This document shows positions 27,707 to 39,883 of a stretch of DNA of 64,000 bases, piece after piece (the stretch's first letter is position 1; the number at the start of each line of letters is the position of its first letter). This DNA is from a virus. The notes below the pieces were generated by a model. The model saw only the letters and a program-made list of their open reading frames with translations, searched no databases and was not told where the DNA came from. Location of the stretch: IMG/VR virus record IMGVR_UViG_3300027779_000011, positions 1 to 64,000 of that record; one strand, 5' to 3'. The translations under genes were made by a program, and so were the position numbers.

Positions 27707-28582
27707 ATGTCAATCTGTGTTTTAAATAAATTTAAGAAAGAAAACCTTTATCTTGATCCATATCCTCATATAGTGATAAGGGAGTGCTTAGATTGGGATA
27801 TCTACAGGGAGTTGGAACGCTCAATAGACGTAGATAGGATAAAGAATATATGTGGTGCTGACGGTGCTGGAGCATATAGATATAAACTTGGAAAATTCGA
27901 AGGTGACATAGTTAGTGGCAACAACTTGCTAACAGAATTTATGCAGTATCATACATCACCTGAGTTTGTTGATAAAGTTTTAAACATATTTGATAAACAA
28001 ATGAATGATTTATATTCTGATTTTTATAAATCATATAAAAAAGAACACGTTTTGTTGCGTGGGACAAGAAGCCCGCCCCACATTAGAAAGAAGGATACCA
28101 TACATTCAGACTGTCAAGTTGTTATTCATGATTCACTTCCGAGTGAAAGCACAACTAGGGCAACTCATATCGACTGCTTTCAAGAAATATATGCAGGACT
28201 CCTATATATAAAGCCGGATAGCGATAAATCTACGGGTGGTGACCTTGAGCTTTATAGTGCTTCTAAAAAGGCAATAAAGCGGTCAGAGCCATACAAAGTC
28301 CTTCATTACAGAGCAAGTGTTGAGTATGTATCAGACTCGCTATCTGAACACAACAAAAAGCTATACGCCGGATGGGGAGGCAAAGCTGACAGGGGCGTTG
28401 AAGAGATTAATCTAAAGAAAGAAAAGGTTGTGGAGTATTATAAAAATAACTTTGTTATGTTTTTAAATACAAAAAAATCTATCCACGGAGTTTCCCCTAG
28501 GGTTGGAGCAGAGGTGGAGCGAGTACATATCAATATAATATCAGACCGGCTAGGCAGAAAGTCAAATATGTTTAACCTGTAG
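27707..28582 (+). CDS. 2OG-Fe(II) oxygenase-like protein
   Basis: PYPH, H-x-D, GGDL, HGVSPR..R. Confidence 0.7.
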   Translation: MSICVLNKFKKENLYLDPYPHIVIRECLDWDIYRELERSIDVDRIKNICGADGAGAYRYKLGKFEGDIVSGNNLLTEFMQYHTSPEFVDKVLNIFDKQMNDLYSDFYKSYKKEHVLLRGTRSPPHIRKKDTIHSDCQVVIHDSLPSESTTRATHIDCFQEIYAGLLYIKPDSDKSTGGDLELYSASKKAIKRSEPYKVLHYRASVEYVSDSLSEHNKKLYAGWGGKADRGVEEINLKKEKVVEYYKNNFVMFLNTKKSIHGVSPRVGAEVERVHINIISDRLGRKSNMFNL

Positions 28583-28585
28583 ACC

Positions 28586-28807
28586 ATGCGTAATAAAAAA
28601 ACACAGAAAGAAATCGTTTCAAAGACTTTAATATGGAGATTTGTGGTGGCTATACCACTTGCTACGGCTATAGCGATGTTTTATGTAAAAGATATAGCCA
28701 CATCAATAGAAATATCTATAGCATCGAATATAGCGTCAACTATATTTTATTATATATATGAAACCATATGGGATAAGGTTTGGTCTTTTTTAAGTAATAA
28801 GATATAA
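28586..28807 (+). CDS. Small membrane protein (DUF2061-like)
   Basis: KTLIWR..YY.YE.IW. Confidence 0.55.
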   Translation: MRNKKTQKEIVSKTLIWRFVVAIPLATAIAMFYVKDIATSIEISIASNIASTIFYYIYETIWDKVWSFLSNKI

Positions 28808-30074
28808 TCATCAGTATAAATATTACATGGATATCTATAGGGCTTATGCAGAAGATCACACTAAAAGGTTTTTGTTTTATTTTTCCTATGAGCCAACGCC
28901 AAAAGAAATTATCCATATTCTGACTAGCGAACTAGGACGAGAACCATACATATATGATATATTTCCAGAGCCAAATATATCGAAAGAGAAGCTGAAGGAT
29001 ATTCTTTCCGTAAAGACTATTTGTGGCAAAGAAATTTTTATACCTTCAGGATTAGAAGTTACATTTATTGACCTATGCAGAATTTTATTTGGGAGTTCAG
29101 AAGATGAGTGATACGCATGATTTGTCCAGTAGAAAGTGGGGCTGTAATTATACTATAATTCAGATTTACAAGAGGGGCATGAACCTTGATCTTTGTGGAT
29201 GGCACAAGGGCGTTAAGAATGGAGATTATATAATTCTTAAAAATGGCACAGACACAACCCGATATAAAGTAGACTCGGTAAAGTATGAATCAGAACCTCG
29301 TGATATGTGGAACGCATCTGTATCATTCTCACCAAGAAGCGCATCAGAGGGTTGATTTACTATGCGACAAGGTAATTTAAACTCTAGAGAGCGGCTTTCG
29401 TTTTTTGACGCTGTTATCTCTTGGGCAAGCGAGATAAACAAGGAGCTTGACCCATCTGCGTCGTCAAGAGAGGTTATCGAGGCTTATAACTATTTAAGTG
29501 CAACTAATAACAGTTTTTTCAAAACAAAAGATGGCTCCTGGAATAGGTCTATAAAAGATGACGAAACGATGCTTTTAATGGGAAAGATTGTTTGGTTGAG
29601 AACTAGAGTAATAATGTAAGGAGGACTATGAAAACGTTTCTTAAATATTTATTTGTATCAATATCACTTTATCTAATGTTAAAGTTTGCGGTAGATAACC
29701 CGAAGAAGGTTTCGGATATAAAAGATTTTGTAGATCTAAACACAGATAAGGCGATTGATGCTACACAAAAGCTGTTTGAGCAAACAGCGAAATGAGGAGA
29801 TTACTACAATGTCAGATGAAATTATAAACTTCCTTGAGGAGAAAATTAAAAACCCAAGGGGTGACCTTGAAAAAAATTTGGATCAGGCTACTTTGAATCT
29901 TTATATAAACGGAAACATTGATGCAAAAATAGAAAACGGAGAACTTTTAGTCTCCATAACAGAGAAGGGACAGTCTTCTTTCTTGGCAAATTTCAGTCAT
30001 GGTATGAAACCCGCTGAAGCATAAGCTCTTTATTAAATTTAAATAAAACATTTCATTTCAGTATAATGTCTTAA

Positions 30075-30422
30075 ATGACTTTATCTAAATGGAAAAGAAG
30101 AAGAACCTCTAGGGAAATTGAGAGGACAAGGTTCGACAACAGGGTTAGAACAGTCATATCCTCAGATGACAAATCATTGCTTGGAAGGGAGGTGCTTGTA
30201 GAAAGAGATTTTTATTTAAATAAAAATCAAGTTTCAAAATGGCGATACTTCATTCCACTTCCCAAGAAGCATCCTGTTAAAAAAAAGACTCCATACGTGT
30301 CTTACACGATGCGTTGCGGAATTGAAAGCAAAGAACTAGCCATGATGCTTGCCGATATAGAGGCGGCTGACATGGGTTATCTTGTTACTAACGCCTTTGA
30401 GCTTCTCAATGATATTGAGTAA
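30075..30422 (+). CDS. Hypothetical protein, tandem paralog A
   Basis: M.LSKW..E.AM..AD..A..MGY shared with the next ORF. Confidence 0.65.
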   Translation: MTLSKWKRRRTSREIERTRFDNRVRTVISSDDKSLLGREVLVERDFYLNKNQVSKWRYFIPLPKKHPVKKKTPYVSYTMRCGIESKELAMMLADIEAADMGYLVTNAFELLNDIE

Positions 30423-30732
30423 GTGGGAAGAGGTTAAAATAAAGAACAATCAGGATAGTTATTCTATATTCAGAAGGTTTATATTTATCTCAAAATTTAA
30501 TTATAAATCTTCTGCCATTATAATTTACAAGGACTACATAAATTGGAACTATAAAATAAGATTTATCTCTAACTACAAAGAAGAGGATTTTGTCGTAAGA
30601 GATTTATCCGAATGTGATTCATGGTCCATTGGCTTAGCAGAAACAAGAGAGGTTGCAATGCTATATGCAGATCTAATGGCCATAGAGATGGGTTACGATA
30701 TAGAAAGCCCGCTAGTGGGACATGGAGCTTAG
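30409..30732 (+). CDS. Hypothetical protein, tandem paralog B
   Basis: MILSKW..EVAMLYADLMAIEMGY. Confidence 0.65.
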   Translation: MILSKWEEVKIKNNQDSYSIFRRFIFISKFNYKSSAIIIYKDYINWNYKIRFISNYKEEDFVVRDLSECDSWSIGLAETREVAMLYADLMAIEMGYDIESPLVGHGA

Positions 30733-30776
30733 TTTATATACTAATAAGTTATAATGAACTGAACTGTGGAGAACGG

Positions 30777-31022
30777 ATGATCAAAAAACTAATAGAGCTT
30801 GCTAACCTGTTAGATGGCGAAGGCTTTGTAAAGGAAGCTAATCATCTTGACGGCCTCATCAAAAGGCTTAGCGACCCCGATGATACAGGCATAGGGCTTG
30901 AAGAATCATATGCCAGCATAGTGTCTTCGTATGTCGAAAGTCATCCAAACGAACATGAGTTTGACTTAGGAAGCGCGGGATTGCCGAGCAAATATGAGGC
31001 GCTAGAGGAATCTAGCGAATAG
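30777..31022 (+). CDS. Protein with shared N-terminal LxxLAxxLDxxG motif
   Basis: KLIELANLLDGEGFVKEANHLD; GGAG SD. Confidence 0.7.
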   Translation: MIKKLIELANLLDGEGFVKEANHLDGLIKRLSDPDDTGIGLEESYASIVSSYVESHPNEHEFDLGSAGLPSKYEALEESSE

Positions 31023-31414
31023 TGTTATCACTCTAATGGAAGTAGTACTGATATCATTAGTTATTTTTTTTATATTTGCATCATTTATAATGGGTAAATA
31101 CTTTGGGGTTATGAAAGAGAGAAATGGTTATGGGGCCGACTACCTTAGGGTTCAGGCATCTGAAGTTTGTAGGGGTGCAATATATGATGGAATTGGGGAT
31201 GACCATGAGGCATTTACACAGTCTGACGAAAATGTTGTGACCATATATTTTTCAAAGGATGACTTTATAGATGATCTGATGTTGAACAGAGTTGTCTTTT
31301 CTATAGAAGAAAATAAATATATTAAAGTAAAAAAAGATGAGCAATGATGAGTAATATTACTATTAATATATCATATTATGATTGGAAAGATTATAAAAAT
31401 GATGGAGAAAATTA

Positions 31415-31993
31415 ATGGCTAGAACAATTTCTATATTTAAAACACTGAATAGTGCATCGACCGCACTTACATATGGCACAAATAGTGGTGGTGCTAGAAT
31501 ATTTGAAGGCTACTTTATAGAGCACCAATTGGATGCAAGAAACAATCCAATGTCAAGGTATCAAGCATGTGGGAAGATAGTTGGCCTTGCAGTAAAGGGT
31601 TCTTCAACGGTTGTTGCCGATACAATTCAAGTTTCAGTTAGGCAGGGGTCTGCTGCCGGTGCTGTAAATACTTTATGGGCGATGAGCGCAGGAGCGGCGT
31701 GTGGGCTTCATGGCGGAACTAGTGCTGGTGGGTGTGGAATAGTCATAAGAAGGGGTAAGCATGTAGATGGAACGGCAATAATGGGCCTTCCGACAGAGGG
31801 TGTTTCATTTGATGTAAATACCGACAATCAAGCCAGTAATCACAAAGATCTCTACGTATTTGTCAAGGCTAACAACGCAAGAGTTGGGAACTGCACAGTA
31901 AGGCTCGATATTGAACTAGACGATGGGCGCGGCACACTCAAGCCTCATAAGAGGGCTAGGTTCTTAGGAACATCTGCTGGCGCTCTGTATTGA
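31415..31993 (+). CDS. Gly/Ala-rich hypothetical protein, possibly structural
   Basis: GGAG SD; composition. Confidence 0.6.
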   Translation: MARTISIFKTLNSASTALTYGTNSGGARIFEGYFIEHQLDARNNPMSRYQACGKIVGLAVKGSSTVVADTIQVSVRQGSAAGAVNTLWAMSAGAACGLHGGTSAGGCGIVIRRGKHVDGTAIMGLPTEGVSFDVNTDNQASNHKDLYVFVKANNARVGNCTVRLDIELDDGRGTLKPHKRARFLGTSAGALY

Positions 31994-32291
31994 AATAACG
32001 CATATAATAAACAGGTTTAGGCCAAATGAATATGACTAACCTAGTTTTCATAAGCGATAGAAGCTATTATGGATTCGACTGGGAAGTATATCGGTGCAAA
32101 AAAACAAATGGATTCGTGGGCATATGCCACGGATTTTCTTCATTAAAGGAAGCTAAGAACATGGCCTTATTAAAAGAGGGGATGGTTAATGCATCAAGAG
32201 AAGAGAGAAGAAGAAAGAAGAAATCCAAACGATAAGCTATAAATATTTATATATTTTATAACCGATATATACTATATCAAATAGGATTGAA

Positions 32292-32603
32292 ATGAAACTA
32301 GACCATATAGCAATAAATGTCTATAGCATCTTTAATGGCGTATCTTATTATAAAGATACATATAACGCAGAAGTTATCTATGAAGACTCAAGCTGGGCTA
32401 TGTTAAAAATAGGAGATACCAAAATAGCATTAGTCTTGGAAGGGCAACACAAGCCTCACATTGCGCTTGAGTGTTTTTCTTTTGATGACTTTCCTGACGG
32501 ATGCGAGATAAATATGCACAGGGACGGATCTTTTTATACATACATTAGCGACCCATATGGGAACATAATAGAGAAAATTTATTATCCAAAAGAATCTGGT
32601 TGA
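32292..32603 (+). CDS. VOC/glyoxalase-family protein
   Basis: LDHIAI..HIA..DPYGNIIE. Confidence 0.8.
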   Translation: MKLDHIAINVYSIFNGVSYYKDTYNAEVIYEDSSWAMLKIGDTKIALVLEGQHKPHIALECFSFDDFPDGCEINMHRDGSFYTYISDPYGNIIEKIYYPKESG

Positions 32604-33526
32604 GAACTATGAAAGATAACACTATTAGCACCGCCAGTACTCCCAGCGTAAAAAATGGTGGGGAGGGACTCCACAGTCAAGAAGATAAGGTGGATCGGAC
32701 ATATGATGAATATGATGATGAATATGATAATGAATATGAAACAGAAAGGATTATAAAGAACTCCAGATATAATAAAAACCTTAGCAAAACTCCAAAAAGA
32801 AAGTACAAAGTTGATTGGTAAATCGGCAAGGATGGTATCAAAATGAAGACCGAAGGCGTATTTAAAATCAGAGGCTCCGTATATCTTATGACCTGGGAGC
32901 ATAAACATGGAACAGAGCACTCTGTTCATGCAACATTCGAAGGCGCTCAAAAAAACTGCTATGAGATCATAGAAGAGTGGAAGGAAGAAGTTATTGATGG
33001 CTCTGACACGGAGTTGTTGGGCAAAGACTCAGACTATCTTTTTGAAAATTGGACTGATATAACTCACGGGCAAGAATACTTTGGAGTCCATGAGATAGAA
33101 TTGCGAGACTGATAAAAAATGAAATGGATTAAAAGACTATTGGGTTTGAACACACCATTGGAAAAGAAGAAAAAAGAGCTTTCATCTTTACAACATGAGG
33201 CGTTCTACGCTACAAGAAATGGTGACTTGAGAAAAGCTAGTGAGCTTTCCAAAAAGGCCGAACTACTTGAAGATGAGATTGTGGAGATTATTAATGAAGG
33301 TCGTTGATTATAAAAGCATGTTAGATTTAGGCTATGAGGGCAGACACATTCAGCTATGGCCAGGAAACTCTGTAGACAAATGGGCTAAGATTGAGCATGT
33401 AACAGAGCAGGGTATGATGATTGAGTTTACTGAGATAAAAGCGAACGGATATAACCAGCATTATAATGTTGGCGATATTATGTTTTTGCCATGGAACTCG
33501 CTTAAGTTTATTTTTACGGAGGAACG

Positions 33527-34654
33527 ATGAACCTGCCTACATTATATGGGAAGTCAACCAATGGGAAGATTAAAGAATGGAGCATATCGGTTCTCCAGAT
33601 GGGCGATGGGGTCTGTTACATCGAAACTGAGCATGGCTATGAAGCGGGCAAGAAGCAGCTTGATCAGCGCCATGTTGGAGAGGGTAAGAATATCGGTAGA
33701 GCAAACGAAACTACTCCCTACCAACAGGCATGTTCTGAGGCTCAATCTGCACATAGCCGCAAGAAAGATTCAGGATATGTAGAGGATAAGTCAAACATTC
33801 CTTCCGAATCAGATGGAATGTTCCTCCCAATGCTTGCTCATAGACATGACAAGCATGGTGCAAAGATTAGTTATCCGTGCTGGGTTCAACCAAAATTAGA
33901 TGGCGTTCGTATGCTGGCCAGGAAAGATAATGGCGCGGTAACTATGTGGTCAAGAAAGGGAAAGGTTATTGACATTCCAGATAAGATTAATCAGCAGCTT
34001 TGCGAAATGCTTTCTGATGGGCAATCTGTAGATGGAGAGTTGTACGTTCATGGCTGGACTTTCCAACGAATCATATCTGCTGTAAAAAAGAAGCGGCCAG
34101 ATACAGATTTGCTTGAGTATCACATATATGATTCCCCTCACTCTACTCTTATGTTTGAAGATAGAATCCCTTTCAACGGGATAGGTTCTGTATCTTTCCC
34201 AAAGCACTGTCAGTCGTGGACTCTTATTGGAGAGAACGTCAAATTTGTTAAAACACTTTTGGCGGATAACGAAACCGACTTTAATCTTTTCGAACAGATG
34301 TTTGTTTCAGATAGCTATGAGGGCATGATGGTCCGTAATCAAAAAAGTCTGTATAAATATAAGAATCGCTCATACGACTTGCAAAAAGTAAAAAGGTTTG
34401 TCGATGATGAATACAAAATCATCGGGGGAAAGGACGGGTCTGGTCGAGAAGTTGGCCTTGTTATCTATAAGTGTATTACTGCTGATGGGCTTAAGTTTGA
34501 TGTGCGCCCAAGGGGAAGTCATGAGGAACGAGCGAAACAGTTTAAAGACCTAGATAATAAAATAGGAAAAATGCTTACGGTACGGTATCAGGAGCTTACG
34601 GATGATGGACTTCCAAGATTCCCGGTTGGTATTGCGGTTAGGGATTATGAATAA
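33527..34654 (+). CDS. lig: ATP-dependent DNA ligase
   Basis: PMLA, QPKLDGVR, DGELY, EGMMVR, LQKVK, PRFP. Confidence 0.93.
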   Translation: MNLPTLYGKSTNGKIKEWSISVLQMGDGVCYIETEHGYEAGKKQLDQRHVGEGKNIGRANETTPYQQACSEAQSAHSRKKDSGYVEDKSNIPSESDGMFLPMLAHRHDKHGAKISYPCWVQPKLDGVRMLARKDNGAVTMWSRKGKVIDIPDKINQQLCEMLSDGQSVDGELYVHGWTFQRIISAVKKKRPDTDLLEYHIYDSPHSTLMFEDRIPFNGIGSVSFPKHCQSWTLIGENVKFVKTLLADNETDFNLFEQMFVSDSYEGMMVRNQKSLYKYKNRSYDLQKVKRFVDDEYKIIGGKDGSGREVGLVIYKCITADGLKFDVRPRGSHEERAKQFKDLDNKIGKMLTVRYQELTDDGLPRFPVGIAVRDYE

Positions 34655-35021
34655 AATGAAAGTAAAAGTATATTTTAACCTGCATAAAAAGCTATTTTCC
34701 GTAGTAGCTCTAGAGGGTGATAGGAAAGGGCGCGTCATAAGGCATGTTAATAAAATAGACTTATCGAACTGTGCCTTTAGAGTTCAAAGGGCTGGTAGGG
34801 AGCGCGTGCTTAGAGAGAGTAGAAAAAACGTTCATGCTTATATATCTGGATATACTGATTCATTCAAAGACTCGGTTAATTTGGAAGAAAGAATTACATA
34901 CAATCCCTACAAATACTCTACATTTGTTGCGAAGCCAAGTGAAGCTCCGGTTGGAAACAGGAAACGCTGTAGACTTATAGCTAAAGATGGCAGAGCAGAG
35001 ATTTTGAGTACTCTTACATGA
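34647..35021 (+). CDS. Hypothetical phage protein
   Basis: VYFNLHK..KNVHA..YNPYK. Confidence 0.7.
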   Translation: MNKMKVKVYFNLHKKLFSVVALEGDRKGRVIRHVNKIDLSNCAFRVQRAGRERVLRESRKNVHAYISGYTDSFKDSVNLEERITYNPYKYSTFVAKPSEAPVGNRKRCRLIAKDGRAEILSTLT

Positions 35022-35952
35022 TTAAAAATGTTTATGAATTTATATTAGACAAACTTCCTGGGTCCGAACTAAGGAGATGTAAGAGCATTAGCCCCAAAGA
35101 TACTAGGTGTGTTAAACACTTGAATCATTGGTTTAGGCATGAAGATGCTTGGCTTTGCAAGTGGAAGCAAAACAGGAGATAGGAGCGGGATTTTTTGGCC
35201 CGAACTGTAATGAGTGTGGCCACCCATAATAAGAATACAAGAAGAGTGAAACAGTTTAGAACCCTAAAAACCAAATGGAGTAAACAACATGGAATTTCTT
35301 TTTTATATGATAGCGTGCATTGGGCTAATTCTCATTAGCGTTCCGCTTATATCTATTTCGAACAGCCTTCAAAGGCTTGCTAGCACGGTTGAAGAAGATG
35401 GCTCAAAGCCCGTATTGGCAAGAGTTAGGACAAAGTAAGCATCCTTTGGAGATTAAGTGAGGCTGTGTTTCGATGAAGAGTTGCTGGAGCTTTTAAGCGC
35501 AGAAGAGGTTGTCTACATATCTCTGCTTATAGAGGATCATGATTATTGTTTTTTAAACGGATTTATTGATTCTAGTGCATACTCAAAACTATATCAGTAT
35601 TATTGTGATGAAATGCCATATGGCGTAGCCAAGTTCAGAACTGGCGATGCTGATATTTGGATACTAAATAAACTCAGAGAAAGGTGCTTGCAGAGATGAA
35701 AGAAGAAGAAGAACATATATCACAAGAAGAGGCGGTAAGTCTGCTTAAAAAGAAAGCCGTAGACATTTGGGATGGCGCATTTCACGCACGACACAAGGGC
35801 GGTCACTTGGAGCTTGTAGTTGAGTTAGAAGATACGGGCGAAAATACTGGCCTTTGGAAACATTTCGATGGTCTAAGGTTTATGGGTCATGAGATTCACA
35901 TATTAAAAGTTCCAATCGGATACACAGAACTTTTAAAGAAGGAGAAGTAAAG

Positions 35953-36447
35953 GTGGGCGGCTACTCTTTAAAACTAATAACTCATGATATAGAATCTTGG
36001 TTCAATAAAGATCCAGTTAGGCCTGAACTTCCTCCTAGCTTTAGAACAAAGCCGGGAAGAGAAGTATACGGTTTGCTAGACGAAGATGGCAAGTTTAAAT
36101 CATTTTTATGTTTAGCGTATACAACACAGGTTCCGAGGGACATAGGCGAGTTGGCCAATCTTACGTCACATGACGGAAGGATAATTATTCCATATACTGT
36201 TTGGTCATATAAAAGAGGCGCTGGAAAAACGATTATAAACTTGTTAATCTCTATGACAAGAGATAACAACATGGCAGATAGAGTGGTTACACTTTCTCCT
36301 CAAACTGAAATGGCAAAAAAGTTCCATTTGAAAAATGGCGCAATTGAATTGCAACGAAATGACGACACGGTAAACTTTGAATACTCCCTAGCTTTGGGAC
36401 CCGTTTCGAGAGGAATCAAAAGAGTTTTCTCCAGTGGGGGTGGGTGA
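35953..36447 (+). CDS. Hypothetical GNAT-like phage protein
   Basis: DPVRP..YTVWSY..GAG..VTLSP.T.MA..FHL.NGA. Confidence 0.6.
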   Translation: MGGYSLKLITHDIESWFNKDPVRPELPPSFRTKPGREVYGLLDEDGKFKSFLCLAYTTQVPRDIGELANLTSHDGRIIIPYTVWSYKRGAGKTIINLLISMTRDNNMADRVVTLSPQTEMAKKFHLKNGAIELQRNDDTVNFEYSLALGPVSRGIKRVFSSGGG

Positions 36448-37025
36448 TTAGTAATCCAGAGTTTATTATCTTTACAGGCCCAATGTTTGGGGGAAAGACC
36501 ACAAGGCTTTTGGGCGAGGTGGAGAGGTATAGGTATCAGAAGAAATCTATACTAGCGTATAAGCCCAACATAGACAATAGATATGACGATGAAAGCATAG
36601 TAACTCATAATGGCTTTAAACTTAAGGCTAAAAAAATATCTGCTGCAAAAGAAATATTATCAGATATTAAAAGCTGGGAGGCGCTAAATCAAGACCGTCC
36701 CATAATAGTTGTCGATGAAACATTTATGATTCAGGGTAGCGGCTCTATATTGCCATATCTTTACAGGGCTGGCTATACCATCCTTACTTCTACATTACAA
36801 CTTTCTGCATCTTGTAACGCATTTGAGGAAGTAAAAGAAATGTTGCCTTGGGCAACAAGGATAGAAAAGTGTCCTGCGGTATGCACAGAATGTGGAAGGG
36901 ATGCCTTTTATACATACAGAAAAGTAGAGGATCTCAATGAGATAGTCATAGGTGGTTCTGAGTTATATGAGCCAAGGTGTTGGCAACATCATCCTAACTT
37001 TAGTAATATAGAAATAAAGATATAA
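36444..37025 (+). CDS. tdk: Thymidine kinase
   Basis: GPMFGGKTT, KP..DNRY, VDE, AVC..CG, IGG.E.YEPRC. Confidence 0.92.
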   Translation: MISNPEFIIFTGPMFGGKTTRLLGEVERYRYQKKSILAYKPNIDNRYDDESIVTHNGFKLKAKKISAAKEILSDIKSWEALNQDRPIIVVDETFMIQGSGSILPYLYRAGYTILTSTLQLSASCNAFEEVKEMLPWATRIEKCPAVCTECGRDAFYTYRKVEDLNEIVIGGSELYEPRCWQHHPNFSNIEIKI

Positions 37026-37028
37026 TAT

Positions 37029-37104
<76 letters not shown>

Positions 37105-37143
37105 TTTTCAACTACTATTTTATTTACTGTGAGGGACTCAGGT

Positions 37144-37968
37144 ATGAGTGATTTGGAAAGTCTTCAGTTGTGTAACTGTAAACCACGCGAACGAGCCAGT
37201 GGTAAATGTATATGCGAGCATTTAATTTCTACACAGAGTGTCGGCCTTACTGTAGAAGCTGTAAATGAAAAGAAGTATATTGAGCAATATGCTCAAAAAA
37301 AGTTAAGCTATACAAAGGAAATAGAAGGCATTATATCTTACAATACGCCAAATTTTGCGTCTATCGAAGCAACATATCAAGACACACTTGATGAGTATAA
37401 CTCATCATGGAAAAACATATTCTTTGACGGAATGAAGATTTGCAACATTGGGTGCGGTCATGGCTTTCTAGAGTTAATACTATATTATGAATTTCCAAAT
37501 TCAAAAATATGGAGCATTGATCGGAACGGCGAAAGTTGTGCGGCGAAGAAAAATGGAAAGTTCCACCATGATGTTGACGGCTTTTTGGTTCGCACTGATG
37601 TTAAAAATACTGAAGAGTTTGTGAAAATGAACTGCTATGATATGAGCAGGTTTAACTTTTTTGATTATGAAGATATAGATCAAATAAATACTAAGTTTGA
37701 TATTATAGTAAGCCAAGCATCATGGTGCTTTCATTATCCATATAGCGTATATGGCAAATGGGCAAAAGATCACTCTCATGACGAAACTAAGATTATATCT
37801 AATATAAGAAGCTCAGAAATTGAAAAAGTTAAATCTGATAATAAAAACTTCATTGTGCCACCATTTGGAAGCAGGAGTAAAAAAAGCGTACTGGCAGTAT
37901 TTGGCGATTATAATGATTCCACTTTTAACAAACATGTGCGTCGTATGGTGAAAAATTATGGAAAATAA
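37144..37968 (+). CDS. Class I SAM-dependent methyltransferase
   Basis: NIGCGHG, FDII.S..SWCFHYP. Confidence 0.7.
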   Translation: MSDLESLQLCNCKPRERASGKCICEHLISTQSVGLTVEAVNEKKYIEQYAQKKLSYTKEIEGIISYNTPNFASIEATYQDTLDEYNSSWKNIFFDGMKICNIGCGHGFLELILYYEFPNSKIWSIDRNGESCAAKKNGKFHHDVDGFLVRTDVKNTEEFVKMNCYDMSRFNFFDYEDIDQINTKFDIIVSQASWCFHYPYSVYGKWAKDHSHDETKIISNIRSSEIEKVKSDNKNFIVPPFGSRSKKSVLAVFGDYNDSTFNKHVRRMVKNYGK

Positions 37969-38677
37969 AACAAGTGATAAGATAGAGATACCAATAGAAT
38001 TACACACTGGTTTTGGACCATTTATTATGCAAATGTCCATAACCGAAGATATAAAGGAAGACTTCAATATAATTGTCGAACAGATTAATGACTTTGATAA
38101 GCAGGATCAGTTCAAGTTCATTAAAGAAGAAGACGATGCAATTCACCAGAGATTAATAATGCCCTTTGATGTGTTGAAGGGATATGTTGATTTCTTTCAG
38201 CAAACTATGTCAGCGTATTTATCTATGGCCAGAAACAATGGAGCAGAGGTTTCTAACAGCTGGACTGTTACGTTCGATGATGCGTATGTTGCAATATGCA
38301 AATCAGGTGACTTCATACACAGCAGGGCTGGTATTCAGAATCAAATTTCATGTTTTGCCATCTTGTCCACAACAGACGAGGAGTTACTTTCTGAGTGTGA
38401 AATCATGCTTTCCTTAGCGGGTAGTGGGTCGAAGTTCTATAAAAGCAGATTAAAAATATCTCCAAAGGTCGGTGATATGTATGTATTTCCATCATCTTTA
38501 AACATAAGCATGAAGCCAATCAAAGCAGGCCTTGTCTTTACCGACTCGGGCTTGGCCGATGAAAATTTTGAAATGCGCTTTTTCGAAGGCAGGTTGAGCA
38601 TATCTGAAAAGAAAACGGACGAAGGCTGGCCACTTCTTCACGATGGGGAGGCTGTACTCTTGGAAGAAGAACTATGA
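37958..38677 (+). CDS. Degenerate 2OG-Fe(II) oxygenase-fold protein
   Basis: PKVGDMYVFPSSL; metal-binding His residues not evident. Confidence 0.45.
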   Translation: MENKTSDKIEIPIELHTGFGPFIMQMSITEDIKEDFNIIVEQINDFDKQDQFKFIKEEDDAIHQRLIMPFDVLKGYVDFFQQTMSAYLSMARNNGAEVSNSWTVTFDDAYVAICKSGDFIHSRAGIQNQISCFAILSTTDEELLSECEIMLSLAGSGSKFYKSRLKISPKVGDMYVFPSSLNISMKPIKAGLVFTDSGLADENFEMRFFEGRLSISEKKTDEGWPLLHDGEAVLLEEEL

Positions 38678-39055
38678 ATGAAATAGAAGAAAAAATAAAC
38701 CTTATGTACTCTGAACTAAAAAATCCAAGAAATGATGGGTGGGTTCAGGAACTACATTTAAAAAAACTTATTGCGATTAAAAAGTTAATATCCTCATTAG
38801 ATCTAGATAAACAAACTCTTAGATTTAAAAATAATAATGAGTTTATTAAAAGTCATATAAACGATAATACTTAAGGGAAATTATATTTTTTAAAATATAA
38901 ATATAATTGAATATAGGCCGCTATGCAAAATAGAAAAAAAATAAAGTCTGTATTAAAAAATGCCACCAAAGTTGTGGACTATTCTATGATGGCGGTTGCA
39001 TATATTGGCTTTTTATCTTTAGTTTATTATAGAGCTTACCGAGGACAGTACAAAG

Positions 39056-39883
39056 ATGCCGAGTTTTTCAAAAACAAAAGAAACAAGTAGATTTCTAAAG
39101 ATCATTCAAAGCTCAATAAGCCCATCGAAAAGCAGATGGCAAGTTGAGTTTAGCGAGGATAAAATCACAAGCCATCTAGATCGCCTATCAGTCAGGCAGT
39201 TGGGAAAGCTTTTTAGCGATCCATATTGGGTCAATTACCCAACCTGGAGATACGCTGGTTCTAGCGGAATTACAAGAAGTACGGAGCCAACTGGAAGATG
39301 GTATGGAACCGTAATATCAAAAGTATGTAAAACCATATCTCTTGCAGACGGCATACCCTTTCAGGTATTGCAGAAAAAATCTGTTGGAGTGTGGGCTTTA
39401 TTCTGCATAGAATACACAAGCGGAAGGGATAGGATCTCAATCCTAAAAAGAGCTTATAAAAATAAAGATCCGAGGGTTAGGCTCAGGGCTGCAAAATACC
39501 TTCCTGTATCATATCTTCCAAAAATGTCAAAAGACACTAAGGCTTCGGTAAGAAACATGGTTATTAGGAGGCTTGGGATGGATAACTGCGCAGAAATGTT
39601 CTTACATGATAAGAATAGGTGGATTCACAGAAGTGCGCTTGAGGCTGCACCAATTGAGTCAATTGACTATAATGGAATAATTGAAAGATATAGGGTTTCG
39701 GCAGAAGTCCTAAAGAGATCGGGAGATAGGTATGCTTATGCGGATTTTGAACATTCTGTCACCGCTATATTGAGGAAGATTCCGAAAGAGCAGCTTCCCT
39801 ATTTTCTAGATCTTGCTGACCTCGCAAACAGTTCTTGGAATAAGACCGCAATGAAAGAGATTATTGAGGCCAGAATGTCTTAG
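39056..39883 (+). CDS. HEAT-like repeat protein
   Basis: D..VR..A repeats. Confidence 0.55.
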   Translation: MPSFSKTKETSRFLKIIQSSISPSKSRWQVEFSEDKITSHLDRLSVRQLGKLFSDPYWVNYPTWRYAGSSGITRSTEPTGRWYGTVISKVCKTISLADGIPFQVLQKKSVGVWALFCIEYTSGRDRISILKRAYKNKDPRVRLRAAKYLPVSYLPKMSKDTKASVRNMVIRRLGMDNCAEMFLHDKNRWIHRSALEAAPIESIDYNGIIERYRVSAEVLKRSGDRYAYADFEHSVTAILRKIPKEQLPYFLDLADLANSSWNKTAMKEIIEARMS